From: an uncultured Fibrobacteraceae bacterium
GTDB taxonomy: Bacteria > Krumholzibacteriota > Krumholzibacteriia > LZORAL124-64-63
Assembly: GCA_964420395.1 (NCBI GenBank)
Contig: CAYQTJ010000004.1
Span: forward strand, 2,506-66,505
Direction: 5' to 3'
Length of the DNA: 64,000 nt
Part shown: in pieces, positions 9,694 through 18,753 of the stretch
Layout of the letters: the number at the start of each line of letters is the position of its first letter
How positions within the stretch are numbered: the stretch's first letter is position 1
Translations under genes and position numbers: made by a program
Notes under the pieces: generated by a model
Seen by the model: only the letters and a program-made list of their open reading frames with translations
Told to the model about the DNA's origin: nothing
Databases searched by the model: none

Positions 9694-10125
9694 GTGCCGC
9701 TGATCGGATTGCTGGCGGTGGCGACCGGGCTGGCCACGCAGGTGGCCAAGGTGCTCGTGTCGTCGTGGCGGCGCGGACGGCCCGACTTCTCCCTCCTGCT
9801 GGCCTCCGGCGGGATGCCGAGTTCGCACACGGCGACCGTGACCGCCCTCGCCCTGTTCGTCGGCAGCGGGTCGGGCTGGGGCGGCCCCCTCTTCTCGGTG
9901 ACGCTGGTGTTCGCGGGCTACGTGGTCTTCGAGGCGACCGGGCTGCGGCAGGAGGTGGGCAAGCAGGCCCGCGTCCTGAACGATCTGGTGGACGCGCTGA
10001 TCGCCACCCACACGCTCGATCGCGGACGCCTGCGCGAACTGACCGGCCACACCTGGGGCGAAGTGGCCGGCGGCCTGCTCTGCGGGGTCGCGGGGTGGCT
10101 TCTGGGACGGCGTTTCCTGCCGTAG
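9694..10125 (+). CDS. divergent PAP2 / acid phosphatase-vanadium haloperoxidase-related membrane protein (YuiD-like)
   Basis: 143 aa. ASGGMPSSHTATVTALA is the characteristic motif of the DUF212/divergent PAP2 family. Confidence 0.55.
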   Translation: MPLIGLLAVATGLATQVAKVLVSSWRRGRPDFSLLLASGGMPSSHTATVTALALFVGSGSGWGGPLFSVTLVFAGYVVFEATGLRQEVGKQARVLNDLVDALIATHTLDRGRLRELTGHTWGEVAGGLLCGVAGWLLGRRFLP

Positions 10126-10294
10126 CGCCCGCGTCGCGCGCGGGCGAATCCGCTTGACACGCGCCTCCTCTCACCTAAGCTCCGCGGGAATGGCCGGTCC
10201 GGCGGACGGTCGGGGCCGTCCGTCCGCGGCCGACCGGGGGTGATCGGCCGGTCGTGCCGCGCCGCCACGGCGCGGGTGCGGAAAGGACGGGGTC

Positions 10295-11368
10295 ATGAGA
10301 ATCATCGCCCTGGCCAACCAGAAGGGCGGCTGCGGCAAGACGACGGTCGCCACCAATCTCGCCGCCGCGCTCGCCGAGTCCGGGCAGCGGGTGCTGCTGT
10401 TCGACAACGATCCGCAGGGGCACGCCACCCTCGCCAGCGGCCTGGGCGAGGGGGATTTCGCCGCCGGCGCGTACGATCTCTACCTCACCCTGGACGCGCG
10501 CGTCGAGGAGGTCCGGCGGACGGTCGCGCCGAACCTCGACCTGGTTCCGGCGGGGATCGAACTGAGCGCCGTCGAGCAGGCGCTCGCCGGCGAACCGGGT
10601 CGCGAGTGGCGCCTGCGCCGGGCGCTGGACCGTTCCTCCCTGCCCTACGATGTCGTGCTGATCGACTGCCCGCCCAGCGTCGGCCTGCTCACCTTCAACG
10701 CCCTGCTGGCCAGCGGCGAGGTGATCGTTCCGGTGGACGCGAGCGTGCAGAGCGCGCAGGCCGTGCGCAAGTTCCGCGAAACCCTGACGGTCATCGACGA
10801 GCGACGGGGCCACCAGGCCCGGCCGCGCCTGCTGCTGTCGAACCACGATCCCCGTTCGCGGTTCGCGCGCGACTTCGCGGCGGATCTCGCCCGGGACTTC
10901 GGCGACCTGCTGCTCGACACCGTGGTCCACCACACCGTGCGTCTGAAGGAGGCCGTCGCGGCCGGCCTGGCCGTGGGACGGCTCGACGCCGGCTCGCGGG
11001 GGGCGCGCGACTTCCGGAGCCTGGCGGCGGAACTGCTCGCGGCCGGCGCGGGCCTGGCCGATCCGGCGGCGTTCCCGTTGCCACCGGCGGCGGGCGGGCC
11101 GCTCCTGACCCCCGCGGGGGTGCGCTTCGCGGCGCGCTTCCCGGAGGCCCGCGCCGTGCGGGTTACCGGGTCGTTCACCGACTGGGCGGCGGAGGGGGAG
11201 CCGCTCACGGCGAAGGGTGACGGAGAGTGGGAGGCCGTGCTGCCGGTGCCGCCGGGGCGCTACGAGTACCGCTTCATCGTGGACGGCGACTGGCTGCCCG
11301 ACCCGCAGAACGCCGAGGCCGTGCCGAACGACTTCGGCGGCGTGAATTCCCTGCTGGTCGTGCCGTGA
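10295..11368 (+). CDS. ParA/Soj-type partition ATPase fused to a C-terminal CBM48 (AMPK-beta/glycogen-binding) domain
   Basis: N-terminal deviant Walker A (IALANQKGGCGKTTVATNLAAALA) and the ParA core (LLFDNDPQGHAT, VLIDCPPSVG). C-terminal ~90 aa (VRVTGSFTDWAAEGEPL..GEWEAVLPVPPGRYEYRFIVDGDWLPDP) match the CBM48/AMPK1_CBM beta-sandwich. Confidence 0.8.
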   Translation: MRIIALANQKGGCGKTTVATNLAAALAESGQRVLLFDNDPQGHATLASGLGEGDFAAGAYDLYLTLDARVEEVRRTVAPNLDLVPAGIELSAVEQALAGEPGREWRLRRALDRSSLPYDVVLIDCPPSVGLLTFNALLASGEVIVPVDASVQSAQAVRKFRETLTVIDERRGHQARPRLLLSNHDPRSRFARDFAADLARDFGDLLLDTVVHHTVRLKEAVAAGLAVGRLDAGSRGARDFRSLAAELLAAGAGLADPAAFPLPPAAGGPLLTPAGVRFAARFPEARAVRVTGSFTDWAAEGEPLTAKGDGEWEAVLPVPPGRYEYRFIVDGDWLPDPQNAEAVPNDFGGVNSLLVVP

Positions 11369-11381
11369 GATCGGGACGAAC

Positions 11382-12242
11382 GTGGCCGTCGAACTGACCC
11401 CCCGCAACCACGACATCCGCACCGTCGTCGACCACTTCCTCGAACCTGCGGTCGCCCCGGCGGGGCGCGCCCGGGGGGGGACGCGGGCCTATCGCTTCGC
11501 CGTGGCCGCCGGGGCCCACGGCTTCCTGGCCGCCTGGACCGCCGCGGGGCTCGCGCGGGCAAGCCTGCTGCTCGGCGGCAGCGGTGCCCGGCAGGCCCCG
11601 ATGCGGGTCACCCTCGAGGAGTGGCACCGGCAGGCGTGGGCCGCGGCGCCGTTCCTGGGGGGGGGCGACCGGGAGCGGCTGCGCACGCTGTTCCGCCCGG
11701 AGGCGTTCGGCCACGCGGAGGGGGACGCGCGGCGCTGGCTGGGCGGCGTGGAGGTGGTGCCGCCGCGCTTCGTCGGCCGATCCGGCGGCGGGGAGCCGGG
11801 ACCGGTCTGCGCCTGGATCAATCTGGGCGGGGTGGCGGGACGGTCGCTCGCGGCCCTCGAGGCGGCCCATGCCTGGGACGGGGGAGGTCTCTTCGACGGC
11901 GGCCTGGACGGGCTCGTGTGGTGCGTGCGCGCGGAGGAGGCGGGGGCGCTCGGCACCGCCTACGGCCTGGGCCGGCTGGCGGCGGCGCTGCGCCCGCGCC
12001 AACTGAAGCTGCTGGTCTACGCGGATGGGGCGCGGACCGGTGCCGCGCGGGACCGCTGGCGGGAACTGGCCGGGCTGGCCGCCCCCGCCGCGGCGATCGA
12101 ACTGCTCGCGGAGGCCTGCGATCCCCGGAGCGCGGCGGCGGAGGGGAGCGCCAGCCCGTTCGCCTCCCTGGCCGCCAGCCTGGCGCTCGGCGCGGAGGGG
12201 GCCAGGCGGTCGGGCGCCGCGGCGCGGGAGGCCGGCGCGTGA
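11382..12242 (+). CDS. hypothetical protein (Ala/Gly-rich), co-operonic with the ParA-CBM48 gene
   Basis: GTG start 14 nt after the parA-like stop. No family recognised. Reality of the coding call is uncertain because of GC bias. Confidence 0.35.
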   Translation: MAVELTPRNHDIRTVVDHFLEPAVAPAGRARGGTRAYRFAVAAGAHGFLAAWTAAGLARASLLLGGSGARQAPMRVTLEEWHRQAWAAAPFLGGGDRERLRTLFRPEAFGHAEGDARRWLGGVEVVPPRFVGRSGGGEPGPVCAWINLGGVAGRSLAALEAAHAWDGGGLFDGGLDGLVWCVRAEEAGALGTAYGLGRLAAALRPRQLKLLVYADGARTGAARDRWRELAGLAAPAAAIELLAEACDPRSAAAEGSASPFASLAASLALGAEGARRSGAAAREAGA

Positions 12243-12556
12243 ACGGCGAGGCGGGAGCCGTGCAGGCGGGGCTGGTCCGCGCCGGACCGCTGCGGGAGGA
12301 CTTCCGCCGCTTCCTGGAACTGCTGGGCGAGCTCGACCCCGGTGTCACGCTGCACGAGGAACCGTTCCGGATCGTGGTCCGCCTCCACGGGCGCCCGCTC
12401 TGTGACTGCCACCCTCAATCCCACGCCGTGCACGTTCGGCTTGGCCGGGAGGCGGGGGGCGAGGTACGCTGTCGCACGCATGAGGACTTTGTCGACATCC
12501 TGGCGCGGTTGCTCGGCGAGCTGCGCGGCGCGGCCCGGCCGCTGCCGCCGGTCTGA
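12239..12556 (+). CDS. small hypothetical protein (~105 aa) with a CxC...H...H motif
   Basis: GTG start overlaps the upstream stop (GTGA). The sequence ...HGRPLCDCHPQSHAVHVRLGREAGGEVRCRTHEDF suggests a possible metal-binding site. Confidence 0.3.
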   Translation: MNGEAGAVQAGLVRAGPLREDFRRFLELLGELDPGVTLHEEPFRIVVRLHGRPLCDCHPQSHAVHVRLGREAGGEVRCRTHEDFVDILARLLGELRGAARPLPPV

Positions 12557-12586
12557 ACCGGACCGCGTGCGCGCGGCAGGCGCGGC

Positions 12587-13975
12587 GTGACGCGGGCGGG
12601 CGCGGCGCAATTCCTGTACGGCGGTTGCCTGCTGACCCTCCCGCTGATCGGGTGCGATCCGGTGCGCCTGGCGAGCGGGGCCGATCTGGGCGCCGGCTTC
12701 CAGCCGGCCTATCTGTTCCTGGCCGGGGCGACCCTGCTCGCCTGCGCCGCGACCGGGCGGCGGCGGCTGTGGGCCGGCTGGGCCGCGGCCCGTCCGTGGA
12801 GCACGCTCGGCCTGTGGGCCGCCGGGGCGGTGGCCGTCTCGGCGCTCGGCCTCGTGATCCGGCCTCCGGCGGGGGGGCCGGAAGCCGCGGCGCGGCTGTG
12901 GCGCCTGGGCAAGCAGTTCGGGCAGCTCCTGATCATGTTCACGTTCGTGGCCTGGCCGCTGCTCTGGACCCGGGGCAGCGCCCGCTGGGAGTGGACCCGC
13001 CGGCTGTTCGGCCTCGCCCTGCTCGGGCAACTGCTCTACGGGCTGGTGCAGGGGGCCCTGTTCGGCCACGCCTGCGCGCCGTTCGCGGCCCTGGAGCGGG
13101 TCTTCACCGCCAATCCTGCCATCCTGTCCGGCTCCGAGGAGCTGTACCTCGGCCACGGCTTCACCGGAATCCCCCGCCTGCGCGGCACCTGCTGCGAGCC
13201 GCTCTATCTCGGCAATTACCTCCTGCTGGCGCTGCCGGTGGTGCTGTTGCCGGGCGCACGGCATCGTCACCAGGCACTGGCGCTCGGCGGAGGCCTCCTG
13301 CTGCTGCTGACCTGGTCGCGCGGCGCCTGGCTGGCGGCGGGCGGCGCAGCCGTCGTCTGGGCGTTGCTGGCGGCGCGCGCGGGGCCTCGCCGGCGACCGG
13401 AGGCCGGGACGGAGTCCCCGCGGCGGTGGCTCATCGTTGCGGCGCTGTCGGGCATGGCGGTCGCGTTGCTGCTCTGGCGCCCCGACCTGGTCACGCTGCC
13501 GGCCCGACGGCTGGCGCAGTCGGTCAACCGCGAGGACTGGTCCAACCTCACGCGCCTCTACTCGATGCAGGCCGCCTGGCGCGCCTTCCTGCTGAGCCCG
13601 GTGGTGGGGGTGGGGTGGGGCCAGTTCGGCTTCCACTTCGTGGGGCTGGTCGATCCCCTCGGGCTGCAGAGCCAGTTCAGCTGGCCGGTCGTCAACTCCT
13701 ACCCGCTCCAGGTCCTCTGCGAAACGGGCCTCATCGGCTTCGCGGTCTTCGTCGGGGGGGCCGCGCTGGTGGCCCGGGCGATCGCGCGGGCGCTGGGCGG
13801 GGGAGGGGGAGTGGCGGGCGTCGAGGCCCGCCGCCGCACCGCCCTGCTCGCGGCGGCGCTCGTCGGGGTCTGGGGGCAGCTTCTGACGTTTTCCCAGTAC
13901 AACCTGCCCCACATATGGGTCGCCCTGGGGCTGCTGCTGGCGGCGACGCGGGAAGCGGAGGCGGGCCGTGGCTGA
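12587..13975 (+). CDS. O-antigen ligase/polymerase-like polytopic membrane protein (WaaL/Wzy_C family)
   Basis: About 10-12 hydrophobic helices. LTWSRGAWLAAGGAAVVWALL is the O-antigen-ligase (Wzy_C) signature. Confidence 0.65.
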   Translation: MTRAGAAQFLYGGCLLTLPLIGCDPVRLASGADLGAGFQPAYLFLAGATLLACAATGRRRLWAGWAAARPWSTLGLWAAGAVAVSALGLVIRPPAGGPEAAARLWRLGKQFGQLLIMFTFVAWPLLWTRGSARWEWTRRLFGLALLGQLLYGLVQGALFGHACAPFAALERVFTANPAILSGSEELYLGHGFTGIPRLRGTCCEPLYLGNYLLLALPVVLLPGARHRHQALALGGGLLLLLTWSRGAWLAAGGAAVVWALLAARAGPRRRPEAGTESPRRWLIVAALSGMAVALLLWRPDLVTLPARRLAQSVNREDWSNLTRLYSMQAAWRAFLLSPVVGVGWGQFGFHFVGLVDPLGLQSQFSWPVVNSYPLQVLCETGLIGFAVFVGGAALVARAIARALGGGGGVAGVEARRRTALLAAALVGVWGQLLTFSQYNLPHIWVALGLLLAATREAEAGRG

Positions 13976-15152
13976 GCGCCCCCTCGTGCTGCTGGACGCC
14001 CTGCTGGTGCAGCCGGAGCCGACCGGCGTCGGGCGGTCGATCCTGGAACTGACCCGGGCGCTGGCGGCCCGGGACCGGGGCTTCGATTTCGGGCTGCTGA
14101 CCACGCATCCGGAAGCGTTCGCGCCGCTGGAGGGGGTGCCGGGCTGGCGGGTGCTCACCTGTGCCGGCGCTCGCGGCGGCACCCTGCGCAAGGCGCTGTA
14201 CACCCAGTTCGCCCTGCCGGCGCTGGCGACGCGCCTGCGGGCGGCGGTCCTGCACAGCCTGCAGTTCGTGGCGCCACTGAGGCTGCCGTGCCGGAGCGTG
14301 GTCACCGTGCACGACCTGGCCTTCCGCCGTTTCCCGGGCACGGTGGAGGTGCCGCGGCGCTGGTACTACGAGGCCCTGGTGCCGGCGACCCTGCGGCGCG
14401 CCGGCCGGGTCGTCACGAATTCGCAGGCGACCGCGGACGACGTGGCGGCGCTGTTCCCCTCCGTCAGGGGGCGCCTGCGGGTGACCCCCTTCGGCACCCC
14501 CTCCTGGGTCTGGGAGCAGCCGGAGCGGCGGCGGGAGGGGGAGGCCGGGGGTCCGTTCCTGTTCGTGGGGACGCTCGAGCCGCGGAAGAACCTGCCGCGT
14601 ATCCTGGAGGCTTTTCGCCGGTTCCGAAACCGGGCCGAGGCCGCCGGCGGGCCGCCGCCGCCCGTTCTGAGCCTGGTGGGCGGTCGCGGCTGGGGAGATT
14701 CCCCCCTGCGGGAGCCGATCCGGGCCCTCTCGGCGCGGGGGGCGCTGCGGCTCGAGGGGTACTGCCAGCCGGCTCGTTTGTGGGAACTGTACGGCGCGGC
14801 ACGGGCGTTGCTATTTCCCTCCCTTCACGAGGGTTTCGGCTTCCCGATCCTGGAGGCGATGGCGGCCGGCCTGCCGGTCCTGACCGCCGACCGGGGGGCG
14901 ATGCGGGAGGTGGCGGGGGACGCGGCGCTGCTCGTGGATCCCGACGACGTCGAAGCGATCGCCGACGGGCTCGCCCGGCTGGACCGGGACGCCGCGCTGC
15001 GGGCGCGATTGATCGCGCGCGGCAGGGAGCGGGCGCGGGAGTGGTCGTGGGAGCGCACGGCCGCGGCCACGGTGGCGGTTTACGCGGAGTTGGTGGCGGC
15101 GCCCGGTCCCCGCGACGAAATTGCCGTTGCCGCGCCTGAGGATAGCGTTTAG
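13968..15152 (+). CDS. glycosyltransferase family 4 (GT-B, retaining)
   Basis: FVGTLEPRKNLPRILEAF... and FPSLHEGFGFPILEAMAAGLPVLTADRGAMREVAGDAALLVDPDD match the EX7E GT4 motif. Start overlaps the upstream stop. Confidence 0.85.
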   Translation: MAERPLVLLDALLVQPEPTGVGRSILELTRALAARDRGFDFGLLTTHPEAFAPLEGVPGWRVLTCAGARGGTLRKALYTQFALPALATRLRAAVLHSLQFVAPLRLPCRSVVTVHDLAFRRFPGTVEVPRRWYYEALVPATLRRAGRVVTNSQATADDVAALFPSVRGRLRVTPFGTPSWVWEQPERRREGEAGGPFLFVGTLEPRKNLPRILEAFRRFRNRAEAAGGPPPPVLSLVGGRGWGDSPLREPIRALSARGALRLEGYCQPARLWELYGAARALLFPSLHEGFGFPILEAMAAGLPVLTADRGAMREVAGDAALLVDPDDVEAIADGLARLDRDAALRARLIARGRERAREWSWERTAAATVAVYAELVAAPGPRDEIAVAAPEDSV

Positions 15153-15203
15153 CCTGCCGTAGCGACCAGCCGGCGATCGAGCCGCCAGGACAAGGAGCGC
15201 CGC

Positions 15204-16505
15204 GTGGATAGGGAGATCGTCGCGCTGTTGTGCGGACTGCTGGCGTTCAGCATGTCGTGGCTGGTGCAGCCGCACTTCCGCAACCTCGGCTTCCTCACCA
15301 AGATCGTGGACCATCCCGGCTACCGTCGCTCCCATCTGGAGCCGGTTCCGCGCACCGGCGGCATGGCCATATTCATCTCCTTCTTCTTCACCCTCTACAT
15401 CCAGGAGCGCCTCAGCCTCACGGATGCCATGCCGTGGTCGTGGCTCGGCATCCTGATCGGGGCCGGCCTGGCGATCCTGGCGCTGGGAGTGGGCGACGAT
15501 CGCTTCGGGATCCACGCGGAGAAGAAGCTCTACGGGCAGCTGCTCGTGATCGTGGGGCTGATGCTGTTCGGGCAGCGGCTCGAGGTGGTGAACCTGCCGC
15601 CGTTCGGCGAGGTGAACCTCGGCGGCTGGGCCTGGCCGGTCACCATGCTCTGGTACCTCGGCTTCATCAATTCGATGAACCTGATCGACGGGCTCGACGG
15701 ACTGGCGAGCGGCATCAGCGTGCTGGTCCTGCTCTCGCTCGGCGCGATCTCCCTGGCGGTGGGCGAATTCGTGCCGCTGGTGTGCGCGGCCACGCTGTGC
15801 GGGGCGACCGTGGCCTTCTTCTACTGGAACATCAGCCGGCGCAAGATCTTCCTCGGCGACTCCGGCAGCATGTGGATGGGGCTCGTGCTCGGCACGCTGC
15901 TGCTCGACCTGGGGCGCCGGACGAGCGTGGCGCTGCCGGTCCTGCTGGCGCCGATGGTGGTGCCGATCTGGGACACAGGAACCACGATCATCCGCCGCTG
16001 GCGCAAGCGGGCGTCGATCTTCCAGGCCGACGATTATCACCTGCACCACCGCCTGGTGCGGGTCGGCTTCTCGCCCCGCGCCGCGGTGGCGTTCCTGCTG
16101 CTGATCACCGCCGGCACCGTCCTGTTCGCGATGTCCGATTTTCTGGGCGCGCCGTGGATCGGGATGCCGGCGCTCGGTTGCTGGCTGCTCTCCCTGCACC
16201 TCGAAGCGACGCAGCACCGGCGCAACCGCGCGCTCGGCTTCGACTCGTTCACCGAAATCCTCTACATCCTCGGCTTCGACGACCGGCTCGAACTGCGCCT
16301 CGGGGCGCGGGGACGCAGGGTGGCGGAGATCGTCGACCTCCAGGCCGAGCGGCAGCGCGTGGAACGCACGCTCGCGGCGGCCGTCGGCGGCAGCGCGCCG
16401 GAGCGACTGGCGTCGCCCGCGCCGCGCCGACGCTCGACCAAGGCCGGCGCGGTGGAGGAAGCGGGCGAGGATGTCGTTCTCCCCACTACCCGCGATCTTT
16501 CTTGA
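15204..16505 (+). CDS. polyprenyl-phosphate N-acetylhexosamine-1-phosphate transferase (WecA/MraY family)
   Basis: Polytopic membrane protein. HPGYRRSHLEPVPRTGGMAIF and INSMNLIDGLDGLASGISVL are the MraY/WecA signatures. Confidence 0.85.
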   Translation: MDREIVALLCGLLAFSMSWLVQPHFRNLGFLTKIVDHPGYRRSHLEPVPRTGGMAIFISFFFTLYIQERLSLTDAMPWSWLGILIGAGLAILALGVGDDRFGIHAEKKLYGQLLVIVGLMLFGQRLEVVNLPPFGEVNLGGWAWPVTMLWYLGFINSMNLIDGLDGLASGISVLVLLSLGAISLAVGEFVPLVCAATLCGATVAFFYWNISRRKIFLGDSGSMWMGLVLGTLLLDLGRRTSVALPVLLAPMVVPIWDTGTTIIRRWRKRASIFQADDYHLHHRLVRVGFSPRAAVAFLLLITAGTVLFAMSDFLGAPWIGMPALGCWLLSLHLEATQHRRNRALGFDSFTEILYILGFDDRLELRLGARGRRVAEIVDLQAERQRVERTLAAAVGGSAPERLASPAPRRRSTKAGAVEEAGEDVVLPTTRDLS

Positions 16506-17139
16506 CGACCTGGCGCGGAGCGCCGGCCGACCCGCCCTCGAGGTGGGGTGCGGCGACGGACGCTTCAGCGCCGTGCTCGCGGCCCACGGGGCGCGCCCGT
16601 GGCGGCTCGACCGTCTGCCGCCGCGCCGGGGCACGGTGGCCGACGCCGTGGCCGACGCGCGCGCGCTGCCGCTGGCGGACGGGAGCCTGGGGCTGCTGGT
16701 CGCCGCCAACCTGCTGCGGCACCTCTGGTCGCCCCGCGGCCCGGAGGCGGTGCCCGAGGATTGGCTCCGCTGCATCGCCCCCGACGGCCGGCTCTGGATC
16801 TTCGAGGACGAGCCGGTGTCGCGGCCGCCGGCCGCGCGGCACTACCGGGACGCGATGACCCTGCTGGCGAGGCTCGACCCGGGAGGGCGCCGGCCGCTGC
16901 TGCCGCTCGGCCGGTTCCTGGCGCGGCTGGACGCGGCGGGACGAAGGGACGGCTGGAGGCACGGCATGGCGGTCAACGCCACGCCCGCGGCGGCGCCCGG
17001 AGCGCTGGCGGAGCTGCTCGCCGGGCAGGGGGGTGGGCCCGAGGCGCCCGGCGTCCGGCTGGCGGCCGCCATCCGGCGCGAAGGCCTCAGCTACGGGCCG
17101 TACTGGTGGGCGCGCTGGAGCCGGGAGGAGTCGGCGTGA
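16471..17139 (+). CDS. class I SAM-dependent methyltransferase
   Basis: ALEVGCGDGRFSAVLAAHG (motif I) ... DGSLGLLVAANLLRHL (motif II/III). Confidence 0.65.
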   Translation: MSFSPLPAIFLDDLARSAGRPALEVGCGDGRFSAVLAAHGARPWRLDRLPPRRGTVADAVADARALPLADGSLGLLVAANLLRHLWSPRGPEAVPEDWLRCIAPDGRLWIFEDEPVSRPPAARHYRDAMTLLARLDPGGRRPLLPLGRFLARLDAAGRRDGWRHGMAVNATPAAAPGALAELLAGQGGGPEAPGVRLAAAIRREGLSYGPYWWARWSREESA

Positions 17140-18470
17140 ACGGCTGGCGACGTCGGGGGGCGGGACTGGCGGCCGGGGGGGCGGCGCTGCTGCTGGGCGT
17201 GGCCGGCCTGCTGCTGGACGGCCCCCGGGGCCTGGTGGACTGGCGCGCCGCGCGCGTGGTGGTCCTCGAGAGCGACGACTGGGGCCTGAGCGGCTTCTTC
17301 CCGGAGAGCGCGCCGGCCGCCCCGGCGCGGGCCCTGCTCGGCGGGGGCTTCCCGGCCCCCTATTGGGACTCGACGCTCGAGGACAGCCTCGATGTGGCGT
17401 CCCTGGCCGCGCTCCTGGCGAGGCACGTCGGGCGGGACGGCCTGCCGCCGGTCCTGCAGGCGAACATGATCGTCTCCGCCCTGGAGCCTGAGCGGGCGGA
17501 GGGGGACGCCGCCGCGCCGCTCGCCTGGCGGCGGATCGACCTGCCCGACCTGCCGCGCGGCTACCCGCGCCCCGGCCTGGCCGCGGCGGTGGACGCGGCG
17601 ATCGCCGCGGGGGTCTGGCGGCCCGAGTTCCACGGCGCCTTCCACTACGATCCCGCCCGCCGCCGCGCGGCGCTGGAGTCGCGTCCCGATCTGCGCCCGT
17701 TGCTCGAGGAGACGGTGCTGTTTCCCGGCAGCGACACGGCGTGGGAATTGGGGGCCTGGCGGGCCACCGGGGAGTTGCGGGCGGAACTGGCCGCGGCCGT
17801 GGCGGTCTTCACGGCCCGCTTCGGCCACCGCCCGGTGTCGATCTGCGCGCCCGACTACGTCTGGGATCCCCGTTGCGAGGGGCTGTGGGCGGAGCAGGGG
17901 CTGACGGTGATCCAGGCCAAGCGCGAGCAGCGCGACTCCCGCCGGCCGGGGGGCGGGCCGGCGGCGCGGTTGCGCAAGGTGCTCGGGCGTGCCTGGGATC
18001 GCTGGCGCCACCCGGAGCGGCTCTACCTCGACCGCAATTGCCGGTTCGAGCCGGCGCAGGCGGCCGACAGCGCGGCCGCCGTGGCGGGCTGTGTCGCCGC
18101 GGTCCGGCGGGCCTGGGCTCGCGGCGAGCCGGCCGTCATCGAGACCCACCGCGTGAACTTCGTCAGCCTCGCCCCCGGGGCCGCCGCGCGGGGGCGGCGC
18201 CAACTCGACCTCCTGCTGGCTGCCCTGGCGGCCGAGCCGGGGGGAGGGCCCCTCTATCTGACCGATGCCGAACTGGCCCAATTGGCGCGGGGAGGCACCT
18301 GCCTGGCGTGGCGCGGCGACCGCGTCGTGCTCCGCAACCTGACCCGCGGGACCCGCGTGGCGACGATTCCCGGCCCGGCGGGCGGGGCGGACTCGCTGCT
18401 GGCGATCGCCCCCGGGACCACGCTCGTCCGGCGGGCCGCGGGGGGCCATTTGCGGGCGCCCCGACGGTGA
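17136..18470 (+). CDS. hypothetical protein with N-terminal membrane anchor (possibly a polysaccharide deacetylase-like fold; unassigned)
   Basis: GTG start overlaps the methyltransferase stop. One N-terminal helix (LAAGGAALLLGVAGLLL). No confident family. Confidence 0.4.
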   Translation: MNGWRRRGAGLAAGGAALLLGVAGLLLDGPRGLVDWRAARVVVLESDDWGLSGFFPESAPAAPARALLGGGFPAPYWDSTLEDSLDVASLAALLARHVGRDGLPPVLQANMIVSALEPERAEGDAAAPLAWRRIDLPDLPRGYPRPGLAAAVDAAIAAGVWRPEFHGAFHYDPARRRAALESRPDLRPLLEETVLFPGSDTAWELGAWRATGELRAELAAAVAVFTARFGHRPVSICAPDYVWDPRCEGLWAEQGLTVIQAKREQRDSRRPGGGPAARLRKVLGRAWDRWRHPERLYLDRNCRFEPAQAADSAAAVAGCVAAVRRAWARGEPAVIETHRVNFVSLAPGAAARGRRQLDLLLAALAAEPGGGPLYLTDAELAQLARGGTCLAWRGDRVVLRNLTRGTRVATIPGPAGGADSLLAIAPGTTLVRRAAGGHLRAPRR

Positions 18471-18474
18471 GGAA

Positions 18475-18503
18475 TTGACCCGCCGTCCCTGCTTGTGATA
18501 TCC
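18475..18503 (+). promoter_or_regulatory. putative sigma70-type promoter for giant gene 1 (-35 TTGACC, ~16-17-nt spacer ending in TG, AT-rich -10 GATATC/ATATCC)
   Basis: Lies in the only AT-rich patch of the 283-bp intergenic region. It shares TTGACC-cgCCc..CTT architecture with the promoter upstream of giant gene 2. Confidence 0.35.
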
Positions 18504-18753
18504 TAATAACCAGATCCGGATTCTGGGGAATCTCACCCGCTTTCCTCGGGACCCGGGCCTGCGCCAGTCAAGACAGCGGGCGCGCCGGGCGCGCCGATGA
18601 GACAGCAACCAGCGCTGGACCGGCGGGCTGGTGCCCCGGCCCATTCGCCATCCCGATCGCGCGGCATGCAGGATCCACGTCGTCTCCGGCCGGGCCGGAG
18701 GCAGCTCCCCTGCCGTAGCCCTATCGCCCACCCCCGTCGTTCGGAGGCCGCGG

